32,000 nucleotides of DNA. Source: Sulfolobus acidocaldarius DSM 639 (GTDB taxonomy: Archaea; Thermoproteota; Thermoprotei_A; Sulfolobales; Sulfolobaceae). Each line of letters begins with the position of its first letter. The stretch's first letter is position 1. The notes under the pieces are model-generated. The model did no database searches. It was not told where the DNA came from and worked only from the letters and a program-made list of their open reading frames with translations. The DNA lies in NCBI RefSeq assembly GCF_000012285.1, contig NC_007181.1:2160001-2192000 (forward strand), read 5' to 3'. Position numbers and translations under genes: made by a program. This document shows, in pieces, positions 17,273 to 25,061 of this stretch.

Positions 17273-18577
17273 ATGCTCATAAGAGTTTTGCTAATTATTG
17301 TAATGCTTATATTGCCTTTAACAGTTACTCCGCTCTTGCCAAACTCTCAAGTCATAAACTCTTACCCTATAGGTGTATCTTTCTTCCCTTTATTTTCTAT
17401 ATATCAAACACAAGAAGTTTTAGGAGAGATTAATATTAGTTCACTATATATAGGAAACTCCTACTTGTCTAATGGTCAATATCTAACAACAGGCAATGCC
17501 TCACTCCAGTTGAATGCGATGATAAATGGAATATACTGGGCACAGGATGTAATATTATTCAGCCAGATAAATAAAACAGCATTTAACGCTAGTTTGGTAG
17601 TAAATGTCTGGAATCTTTTAGGACCGTTTAATCTAAACCTGTCCAAGGGAATTGAGACAACATATCAAAACTTAGGAGTCATATTATATACAGGACCCTC
17701 ATATATAGTGAAAACACCAGTTCAAATCAAATTATTTATGATAATAAACTCCACCTCCCTTTATTTTGGATATTATATAAATGGTCACAGCGGAATATTT
17801 TATCAGTTACCTTTAACAGGAAGTTTTAGGATAGGTGGATTTTCAGCCATAGGCCTTCCGAATGACTTGGAATTGGTGTTCGGCGGACCTGGAGGGGGAA
17901 GTAGCGTGCAATTGATTACAACTGCTAATGCTAATCTCTATTTTAAGGATGGAAATTCATTAACAGTGGTGCCCTCAGCATTATCCACAGGTCTCGATAC
18001 TGCGGAAACTGTAATAGGTATAAACTCTGTGGGTAACCTAACAAATTTGTTTAAGCCATCAGTTATAATAGGACCAGGTGATCCTACTCCTTCTGTACTT
18101 TGGCCGATAAAACCAAATATTATTGTAAACTCAAATAATTCGTCAATATCAGTTAGGTTGATGTACGATAACAAGCCCATAATGTGGCAAAAAGTAGAGC
18201 TTTATGGAGTGAGTCTGAATGGTCTATATAGCCTCTCCAATATAACAACAGATAATTCAGGCTATGCATACTTTAATACTTCTCCATCCCTTTACGTTAT
18301 ATATTACCCGGGTAATTTCACCTTGTCCTCTACCTATTATGTTTCAGCACCGGCGTTAAACTCCTTAATATCCTCTCTTAAATCTGCATATGATTCCTTA
18401 GCAAACTTTTTATCACATTATGATTTCAAAAATGGTATTTCGTCATTCTTTTCTAATGCTAAAAATGCTGTGAATTACAAAAGTAATTATCCCTCCCAAT
18501 ACCTGATTTTGATCTATATATCAAGTTTCCTTATAGGAGTGGTAATTTCTGCTCTCCTCATAAGATTTAAACATTAA
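17273..18577 (+). CDS. Thermopsin-family (peptidase A5-like) secreted protein with a prealbumin/CarboxypepD_reg-like domain and a C-terminal TM anchor
   Basis: 434-aa ORF with an N-terminal signal-like helix. LQLNAMINGIYWAQDVILF, NVWNLLGPF, DLELVFGGPGGGSS and GLDTAETV parallel remembered thermopsin motifs (YWLQDV, NVWNLTG, ELVWGGGGNG, GADTAEAA). It has many N-x-S/T sequons. Residues ~285-350 show a beta-sandwich pattern (ISVRLMYDNKPI...TTDNSGYAYF...YVIYYPGNF). The last ~25 aa are hydrophobic and end in RFKH. Confidence 0.7.
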   Translation: MLIRVLLIIVMLILPLTVTPLLPNSQVINSYPIGVSFFPLFSIYQTQEVLGEINISSLYIGNSYLSNGQYLTTGNASLQLNAMINGIYWAQDVILFSQINKTAFNASLVVNVWNLLGPFNLNLSKGIETTYQNLGVILYTGPSYIVKTPVQIKLFMIINSTSLYFGYYINGHSGIFYQLPLTGSFRIGGFSAIGLPNDLELVFGGPGGGSSVQLITTANANLYFKDGNSLTVVPSALSTGLDTAETVIGINSVGNLTNLFKPSVIIGPGDPTPSVLWPIKPNIIVNSNNSSISVRLMYDNKPIMWQKVELYGVSLNGLYSLSNITTDNSGYAYFNTSPSLYVIYYPGNFTLSSTYYVSAPALNSLISSLKSAYDSLANFLSHYDFKNGISSFFSNAKNAVNYKSNYPSQYLILIYISSFLIGVVISALLIRFKH

Positions 18578-18592
18578 ATAAAATATTATAAT

Positions 18593-19369
18593 ATGGCAAT
18601 CAGTATAGGAGATATCATAGGGATAGTCTTCCTTTTGATAATTATCATAATTCTATTGTCTCTTTCCCTTAGAGTTATAGCGGAATGGCAGAGAGCCGTA
18701 ATATTGAGATTAGGAAGGGCAATAAGAGTTAAAGGACCGGGAATAATAACTCTTATTCCATTTGTGGATAGACCTATAGTTGTGGACTTGCGAATAGTCA
18801 CAGTAGACGTGCCTGCTCAGACTACAGTTACCAAGGACAATGTAACTGTGACTATTGACGCTGTATTATACTATAAGGTGGTTGACCCAATGAAAACTAT
18901 TTTGTCAGTGGCTAACTATAACTACGCCGTATTGAACTTAGCTCAAACATCACTAAGAGATATTATAGGACAAATGGAGCTTGATGAAATCCTTGTAAAA
19001 AGGGAAGAAATAAACAAGAGATTACAATTGATCTTAGATGAGATAACAGAGGGATGGGGAATAAAAGTCACACAGGTGACTGTTAGAGATATAAGGTTAT
19101 CACAGGAACTCCTATCAGCAATAGCAGAACAAGCAAAAGCTGAGAGGATAAGAAGAGCAAAAGTTATTTCAAGTGAAGGAGAAAGACAGGCTGCTTCCAT
19201 ATTAGCTGATGCATCACAATATTACGTAAGCAATCCAGTAGCGTTACAGATTAGGTTCTTGGAGATGCTTACAGATATCTCACAGAGAGGTAATATGGTA
19301 ATAGTAGTACCTGCAGGTCAAGAATTTTATTCCACACTGTCTGTCCTGAAATCCAAACCGCAAAGTTAA
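18593..19369 (+). CDS. Stomatin/prohibitin-homology (SPFH, band 7) protein
   Basis: 258-aa ORF. An N-terminal TM segment is followed by RVIAEWQRAVILRLGR...GPGIITLIPFVDR...VDLR, then a coiled-coil tail ISQELLSAIAEQAKAERIRRAKVISSEGERQAA, as in archaeal stomatins. It starts 15 nt after the thermopsin-like gene. Confidence 0.9.
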   Translation: MAISIGDIIGIVFLLIIIIILLSLSLRVIAEWQRAVILRLGRAIRVKGPGIITLIPFVDRPIVVDLRIVTVDVPAQTTVTKDNVTVTIDAVLYYKVVDPMKTILSVANYNYAVLNLAQTSLRDIIGQMELDEILVKREEINKRLQLILDEITEGWGIKVTQVTVRDIRLSQELLSAIAEQAKAERIRRAKVISSEGERQAASILADASQYYVSNPVALQIRFLEMLTDISQRGNMVIVVPAGQEFYSTLSVLKSKPQS

Positions 19370-19504
19370 TCAGCTGGACTAGGATAATTCACTGATCATC
19401 ACAGAAATTTTCATCATTTTTATGATGCTACTCAGCAGTAGTTTATAAAGAAATAAAAATATTAGGCATAAGACAATGTTTTATGGCTAAGGAAACTTAT
19501 AGAC

Positions 19505-19562
19505 AAAAGTGATGACAGAACCCCGGCTTGAAAGATGATAGAGCCGTGTGAGAACTGATCAA
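19505..19562 (+). ncRNA. Candidate C/D box sRNA (2'-O-methylation guide)
   Basis: Layout: C box GTGATGA (19509-19515); 12-nt guide CAGAACCCCGGC; D' TTGA (19528-19531); spacer AAG; C' ATGATAG (19535-19541, degenerate); 13-nt guide AGCCGTGTGAGAA; D box CTGA (19555-19558); then a T5 run (19564-19568). It lies in a 288-bp intergenic region. Confidence 0.55.
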
Positions 19563-19657
19563 TGTTTTTCCATAGTAGTTTTACCATTCTTAGTCTGTGA
19601 CTTTAGCTAGGCTACAAAAGCTAAACCTAATGTCTCACATAATCTCGACTATATTTA

Positions 19658-20950
19658 TTAAGTTACGTTACCTTTGTTATACCACTCTTTTAACTTTTCT
19701 AAGTCAATATATTCTACTTCTTCAGATTCGTCTTTCTTATAGAAACTTTTTGCAAATATTACTATTTTATTTACATTCAGATTTAACCTCTCCAACTTTC
19801 CCTTCAAATCATATAGTACTTTAGTGCCATTAACTTTCTCACTCCACTTACATTCTCCAGCTAACTTCAAGTCCTTATCTAGAATATCAATTTCAACGTC
19901 CTTATACCAATGTCTGCCTACTTTATTTAACCTATACCTCTCCTTTAAGTACTGGACAGCAACTTCCTCAAATATCCTCCCTAGATACTCATTATATTCC
20001 CTTTCACTTATTTCAAATATACCCTCCTCTATTTCACTAAGATTGGGATATGTGAACCTAAACCAGAAGTTTACGAACTTATCCTTAATAATATATTTAC
20101 CCTTCTTGGACTTTTTACTCTCCAGGACAGGAACCTCTCTCTCAATTATCCCTATTCTCTCTAACTTCTTTAGGTAAGAAGACACTTCTCCTCCAACCCC
20201 GACGAAATCCCTAATCTCCCCTAAACTATTTTTCCCCATAGCAATAGCCAATAATATCTCCTTATAGGTAGAGATCTCCTGAAATTCGTACCTTAGCAGA
20301 AAGTCTACTTCGTCCTTAATAAACGAATCTACTTTTTTAAGTTCAGTATTTATCCAATCTAGAAACGGGGTTTTTACTTTAGTGAGGTAATAAGGAACTC
20401 CTCCTGCAAAACCGAAAATTTTAATTGCCTCATTTAGATCAAATCCGAGTCTTCTCAATTCCTTAAATTTCAATTCATTGACCAGCATAGAAGCTGTCCT
20501 CCTTCCGTAAAGAGGACTCTTATAGGACAGTATATCGCTCATTGTGGAGATAGATGAACCTAAAAGGATAATCTTCGTTTTAGTACCAGCGAGCACCTCA
20601 TCTATTATTTTTTGAAAGATTGAAGAAATAGCCTTATCCTCCCGGATTAAATATGGAAATTCGTCAATTACTACTACCTTGTCCCTTAGGGCGAAAAACA
20701 TAGATTCCCAATCTTCTTTGACGAATTTTATGTTAGGGAAAACCCTTTCAGCGGTCTGTTTGAACTTTGCTAAATTATTTCTACCTTCAGTAGCAAGGTA
20801 ATATACTGATGGGTACCCTTTAATTGCTTCAAGAACCAATGACGTCTTACCTATCCTCCTCCTGCCATAAATTAAAATTAGCTCCAGTTTATCTGAGTTA
20901 AGTCTTTCTCTGATTGCCTCTAATTCTCTCTCCCTATCTATAAATATCAT
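19658..20950 (-). CDS. Archaeal AAA+ ATPase (Arch_ATPase/DUF234-type) with wHTH and a C-terminal PD-(D/E)xK-like region
   Basis: 430-aa ORF. Walker A GRRRIGKTS; Walker B VVVIDEFPYL; central wHTH-like segment KEILLAIAMGKNSLGEIRDFVG...YLKKLERIGIIERE; C-terminal VEIDILD...LAGECKW (D...E-x-K pattern). Confidence 0.85.
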   Translation of the reverse strand: MIFIDRERELEAIRERLNSDKLELILIYGRRRIGKTSLVLEAIKGYPSVYYLATEGRNNLAKFKQTAERVFPNIKFVKEDWESMFFALRDKVVVIDEFPYLIREDKAISSIFQKIIDEVLAGTKTKIILLGSSISTMSDILSYKSPLYGRRTASMLVNELKFKELRRLGFDLNEAIKIFGFAGGVPYYLTKVKTPFLDWINTELKKVDSFIKDEVDFLLRYEFQEISTYKEILLAIAMGKNSLGEIRDFVGVGGEVSSYLKKLERIGIIEREVPVLESKKSKKGKYIIKDKFVNFWFRFTYPNLSEIEEGIFEISEREYNEYLGRIFEEVAVQYLKERYRLNKVGRHWYKDVEIDILDKDLKLAGECKWSEKVNGTKVLYDLKGKLERLNLNVNKIVIFAKSFYKKDESEEVEYIDLEKLKEWYNKGNVT

Positions 20951-20970
20951 ATCTGAGAATATGATATTTA
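20941..20970. promoter_or_regulatory. Perfect 12-bp inverted repeat spanning the ATPase start codon (candidate operator)
   Basis: TAAATATCATAT (20941-20952), 6-nt spacer ctgaga, ATATGATATTTA (20959-20970). The arms are exact reverse complements. The left arm contains the ATG (20950-20948, minus strand). Confidence 0.4.
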
Positions 20971-21217
20971 CAAATATGAACTTTTCGTAGTATACACCAT
21001 ATGTAAATGATATAAGAAAGGCGACCCTAAGTTTACAGGAGAAGAAAATAGTAAGTCTTAATCTAAGCTATCTCAGGGAAACTCAATATAAGTTCAATAA
21101 GAAAATTGACTTACCTTTAGGTATACTCAGCCACATAGAAGTCTTCCAATTTAAACTACCAAGGAATTCAGTTAAGTCATAACATTAATAGAATACAAAT
21201 AATCAGTTTTGTAGACG

Positions 21218-21303
21218 CGCCGCGGGGTGGACTCGGACCACCGACCACCGGGTGTCCGTAAGGATTTAACAGCCCGGCGCTCTGCCAACTGAGCTACCGC
21301 GGC
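21218..21303 (-). tRNA. tRNA-Asn (anticodon GUU) with a 13-nt intron
   Basis: Reverse complement: acceptor GCCGCGG/CCGCGGC; D arm GCTC-AGTTGGCA-GAGC; anticodon stem CCGGG/CCCGG with loop CTGTTA..A (anticodon GTT); T arm GGTGG-TCCGAGT-CCACC; discriminator G. A 13-nt insert (AATCCTTACGGAC) sits at the 37/38 position. CCA is not encoded. Confidence 0.85.
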
Positions 21304-21327
21304 ATGTCTATATTGATTAAACCAGCC

Positions 21328-21339
21328 ATAAAAAATTTT
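21328..21339 (-). promoter_or_regulatory. TATA-like box for tRNA-Asn
   Basis: The minus strand reads AAAATTTTTTAT, about 25-36 nt upstream of tRNA position +1 (21303). Confidence 0.4.
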
Positions 21340-21443
21340 CGACGAGAGTGTGTTTAATATATTTTAATTAAATACGATAGAGTTTTCAGATATAAAGCGT
21401 TGAGACAACAAAGCTATAAAAACCATATCTCAAACTTTAGCTT

Positions 21444-22553
21444 ATGCCACTTATAGCGCTTACTCCATCTGGAGAAATTGCTATAAAGTCGTCTCGCTCC
21501 AGAAGGAGATTCGAGAGAATATTAATAAAAAACATTGGGAAAGTTATTAGAGTTAAATCATATAAATTGGACCAAGGCATAATAATTCTAAATACAGATG
21601 ATGATTACTCTAAATTATCAAAAGTCTTCGGAATATCTAAATATTTTGAAGTTTACGAATTTAGTTTTTCCTCGATCCAAGACATAGTGAACTTCGTAAA
21701 GGACAGGTTTAATCAGACAGTTAAAGGAAAAAAATTCGCTGTGAAAGTTAAACGAGTTGGTAACCACAGCTTTAACAGTATGGATGTAGCCAGAGAAATT
21801 GGCAATGCTCTATATCCCTATAGCCTTGGAGTTGACCTAGAAAATCCCGATGTCAAGATTAACCTAATATTAAGACAAGATTATGGTTACGTCTACACGA
21901 CTGAAAATGATGGACCTAGGGGATTTCCAGTGGGTTCAACAGGAAAAACAGTTGTCCTATTTAGTGGTGGCTTCGATTCCCCCGTAGCTACATGGATGCT
22001 TATGAAGAGAGGAGTTAGACCAATATTACTTAACTTTGAATTAGGTGGAAAAGTTCAAAGAGATTTAGTTCTAAAGGAGGTTGACGTTCTAAAGCAATGG
22101 AGCAGTAATAACGACATAAATGTATACTTCATTAACGGACTCGACGTCACGTCAAAACTTGTAAATGCAGAACCTAGTCTAAGGATATTACTCCTGAAAA
22201 GAATAATGTACAATACGGCAAGAGTTTTGGCTAACAAGTTAAGGGCTTACTCCATAACTACAGGTGAATCTCTGTCACAAGTCTCTTCTCAGACAATGAT
22301 TAACCTATACGTTACGGAGTACGATATAGATCTACCTGTTTTCAGACCCTTAATAGGATTCGACAAAGAAGAAATAATCCAAATGTCACGTAAAATAGGC
22401 ACCTTTGAATACTCCTCAAAATTACCTGAGTATTGTGTAATCTCAAATAAATCTATCGTAAAGTCCCAGTTAGATAAGGTATTAGAAGAAGAGAGGAAAA
22501 TTGAGATAAATTACGAGGAACTTATAAAGAAAGCAGAATTAGTTAGGATTTGA
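21444..22553 (+). CDS. thiI: tRNA sulfurtransferase ThiI (THUMP plus PP-loop ATP pyrophosphatase, no rhodanese domain)
   Basis: 369-aa ORF. The N-terminal ferredoxin-like/THUMP region ([13 protein letters not shown]) is followed by the PP-loop [21 protein letters not shown] and [12 protein letters not shown]. Confidence 0.9.
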
Positions 22554-22601
22554 GGTTTACAACTTTTAAAATTGAATAAGATTTAGAAGAAGAGAGGAAA
22601 A
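22474..22601 (+). repeat. Short direct repeat: a 3' coding segment of thiI is duplicated in the downstream intergenic region
   Basis: TTAGAAGAAGAGAGGAAAA occurs at 22482-22500 (inside thiI) and again perfectly at 22583-22601, 30 nt past the stop codon. The flanks extend the similarity (ATAAGgtATTAG versus ATAAGaTTTAG). Sequences after the repeat copies are unrelated. Confidence 0.7.
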
Positions 22602-22632
22602 ATACAAAAATACATTCTATTATGTGTATTTA

Positions 22633-23670
22633 CTAACTAGTGACTTTAGAAATATACTCCAACAAGACCTTCCGGGACTCCTCCATCGATGAGTAAACAA
22701 CAGGAGGTTTTTTGAAGTAATAACCGGAAACCTCTGGTATTGAACCACCAACCCTACTCTCCTTTAACATTTTAGCTATTCTAATTAAGTCCACTAAAGG
22801 AGCTACTGCGTTTGGTGCGTCTTGTGATTTCAATGAGACATCAATTCTCACAGGAATTCCAAATGAATACAAACCCTCAACTACAATGTAACTCACTCTT
22901 CTATCTCCTAAAAATTCAACATAGTCAGTTGTTCCGGCAACAACTTCAGCACCATCAATATGCTTAGATATGAAATTACTCTTTATACCTTTCTTTAAGT
23001 CTTTTCTCCAATCTTCCAATGTAACGAGAACCTCAGTGTTTCCTGCGATATCAACCTGATATGTTCTGAGAACCTGGACCCCCTTGCTCTTTAAAAACTC
23101 TATTAGCCCTGTATGAAGTGATGTACCTCCTATTTGGCTCAACAGGTCGTCTCCAAATATTGGTATCCCCTTCTCCTTATATGCACTAGAGAATTGATTT
23201 ACTAAACTTGTGGGAGTTGCATTGATAAATGCTGATCCGGCTTTTAATGCCTCCTCGGCATAATATTCACTTGCCTTTACGACTCCAGTTGGTAGTAAAT
23301 TTATAACAACGTCTACTTTTTCGTCCTTTAATACCTGTGATATGTCACTCTCTTTCTCATCCGATAATTCAATAATCCTCTCTAATATTCCTTCTAAACT
23401 GTCTAAAACAACTCCCTTCTTTACAACAACATCACCTCTAACGTCTACGTATTTAGGAACTACATTTGGCTTTTGAAATATAGCTTCCCTAAGTTTATAC
23501 CCAACTTTTCTCTTGTCTATGTCAAAAGCAGCTACAACTTCAATTTCATCAGGTTTATAGGGTAAACTAGTGAGGCAACCTTGAATTTTTTCACCTTGCT
23601 TAACCATCTCTAGGGCTTGAACTAAAGCACTAGCTACGTTGCCGACTCCTAAAATTGCTGTCCTTATCAT
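22633..23670 (-). CDS. ino1: myo-Inositol-3-phosphate synthase (Ino1 family, short prokaryotic type)
   Basis: Colinear with remembered mycobacterial/archaeal Ino1: [51 protein letters not shown]...[48 protein letters not shown] place the start at ATG 23670 (MIRTAILG). The track's TTG at 23688 would add 6 aa and overlap nuoN. Confidence 0.9.
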   Translation of the reverse strand: MIRTAILGVGNVASALVQALEMVKQGEKIQGCLTSLPYKPDEIEVVAAFDIDKRKVGYKLREAIFQKPNVVPKYVDVRGDVVVKKGVVLDSLEGILERIIELSDEKESDISQVLKDEKVDVVINLLPTGVVKASEYYAEEALKAGSAFINATPTSLVNQFSSAYKEKGIPIFGDDLLSQIGGTSLHTGLIEFLKSKGVQVLRTYQVDIAGNTEVLVTLEDWRKDLKKGIKSNFISKHIDGAEVVAGTTDYVEFLGDRRVSYIVVEGLYSFGIPVRIDVSLKSQDAPNAVAPLVDLIRIAKMLKESRVGGSIPEVSGYYFKKPPVVYSSMEESRKVLLEYISKVTS

Positions 23671-23671
23671 T

Positions 23672-25060
23672 TCATACCAACACTCCAAATATTAATGGAG
23701 AGATTATACCTAATGCTATACTTAAAACTGCTGCTACGATTACACTGTCTCTCTCTGGGGAATCAACCTTTTTGAATTGTCCCTCTCTAAATATCTCCCT
23801 TATGGGCGGAATATAATATCCTGCGGATATCGCACTGTTTATGAACCCTATAATTGTCAGCCAAGGCTGAGAAAATGATGATTCAAGGACAAATAATTTT
23901 GCCCAGAATCCCAATATGGGTGGAATACCCAGTAAGCTTAGAAGCAAAATAGTCATTGAAAAGGCTAAAACTCTATCCCCGCTACTCATTCCTCTAAAAC
24001 TCTCAAAATAACTACTGCCCGTTATTTTCTCCACATGGCTCAGTGAAACGAATAGTCCTGCCTGAGCGATTGAATAGGATAAAAGATAGACCATTAAACC
24101 GGATATAGCTATATTCATGTTTACAGGCAACATTGCTATTCCAATTACCATAAAACCTACCTGCGTTATACTACTGTAGGCTAAAATTTGAGCGAAGTCC
24201 TTTCTTGAAAACGCAGATATATTACCGAAAATTAAGCTAAGCACAGAAATTATGGAGAAGAGGATAACAACAGTGAGATATATTACCTGGGAAGAAGAGT
24301 TATCCTGTATCAAATAGTATAGAATTACTAATAATGGCTCTATTCCTACTATCTTACCTACACTTGATACGAAACCCACAGAGAACCTGTCTGCCAACGA
24401 ATATACTTCTGGTAACCATCCTTGAAAAGGAAATGCGCCTATCTTAAAGAGAAAAGCTATAGAGAAGAATATTATTGATAGGACAATTAATGGTTGATAT
24501 GATATAACTGGATCAAGGTATAATGTATTTCCAGCCGTCACAAAAAATGCTAGACCAATAATCATTAGGGAACTTGACAGTAGACCCATTACCAAATACT
24601 TGACACCAGCCTCAACAGACTGGTAATCTTTCTTTAACATTGCTATAACATAAGTTGCTGCAGAAGCAATAGCCCAAGAAGCGAAAATCACCAGAACGTT
24701 ATAAGCAAAGGCTAAATAGATAACACCTATGTTAGTCAACAAAGATAAAGACAGAAATGATGTCCCTGTCTCCCAGTTTTTCAAATCATTACTACTTCCC
24801 AACACTACAAGAATAGTAGCAATCAATGAGGAGATTGCAATAAAGTAGCCAAATTTTGTTAGATATAGCGCGTTATTGAATACTCCGTAGTTATAGTAGC
24901 CCAGAGAGAAAAATAGTGTAAAGGAGAGAAATGAAATTAACAAACCTATAACTGCAGTATACACAGCAGTACTGAACCTTTTCTCCATATATAGTATTGC
25001 AATTGAGGGAATTACAAGAAATACTGAAGGAATAATTATGGGTAGATACTCACTCAACAT
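23672..25060 (-). CDS. nuoN: NADH:quinone oxidoreductase (complex I-like) antiporter-like subunit N
   Basis: 462-aa polytopic [35 protein letters not shown] and [16 protein letters not shown] fit the NuoN pattern. It is the last gene of the nuo cluster. Confidence 0.85.
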   Translation of the reverse strand: MLSEYLPIIIPSVFLVIPSIAILYMEKRFSTAVYTAVIGLLISFLSFTLFFSLGYYNYGVFNNALYLTKFGYFIAISSLIATILVVLGSSNDLKNWETGTSFLSLSLLTNIGVIYLAFAYNVLVIFASWAIASAATYVIAMLKKDYQSVEAGVKYLVMGLLSSSLMIIGLAFFVTAGNTLYLDPVISYQPLIVLSIIFFSIAFLFKIGAFPFQGWLPEVYSLADRFSVGFVSSVGKIVGIEPLLVILYYLIQDNSSSQVIYLTVVILFSIISVLSLIFGNISAFSRKDFAQILAYSSITQVGFMVIGIAMLPVNMNIAISGLMVYLLSYSIAQAGLFVSLSHVEKITGSSYFESFRGMSSGDRVLAFSMTILLLSLLGIPPILGFWAKLFVLESSFSQPWLTIIGFINSAISAGYYIPPIREIFREGQFKKVDSPERDSVIVAAVLSIALGIISPLIFGVLV

Positions 25061-25061
25061 T

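Noticed and set aside
18586-18801. ORF 18586-18801 (-), ORF 18943-19200 (-) and ORF 28372-28617 (+)
   Set aside because: They are antisense to the stomatin gene and to the nuoL/nuoK junction respectively. They lack motifs and are inconsistent with the tightly packed, well-supported genes on the opposite strand.
19385-19455. Additional C-box-like motifs (minus-strand ATGATGA and GTGATGA, terminal CTGA) and a CATCAT-tttt-ATGATG hairpin just downstream of stomatin
   Set aside because: The box spacing is non-canonical: there is no D' 12 nt after either C box, and the distance from C' to D is 22 nt. This may be a terminator hairpin or chance k-turn-like sequence, and it is not reported as an sRNA.
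19597-20177. Plus-strand ORFs 19597-19824 and 19824-20177
   Set aside because: They are antisense shadows of the DUF234-type ATPase gene, with leucine/serine-rich low-complexity translations.
20971-21217. Small ORFs or an sRNA between the ATPase gene and tRNA-Asn; att-like repeat of the tRNA 3' end
   Set aside because: Only ORFs of 17 codons or fewer are present. The weak ATGATA/CTTA strings do not form C/D geometry. I saw no duplicate of the tRNA-Asn 3' segment elsewhere in the window that would indicate an integrated element.
23671-23688. TTG-initiated 6-aa extension (MECWYE) of the inositol-phosphate synthase ORF
   Set aside because: It would overlap nuoN. The ATG at 23670 gives the conserved N-terminus immediately before the GVGN Rossmann motif.
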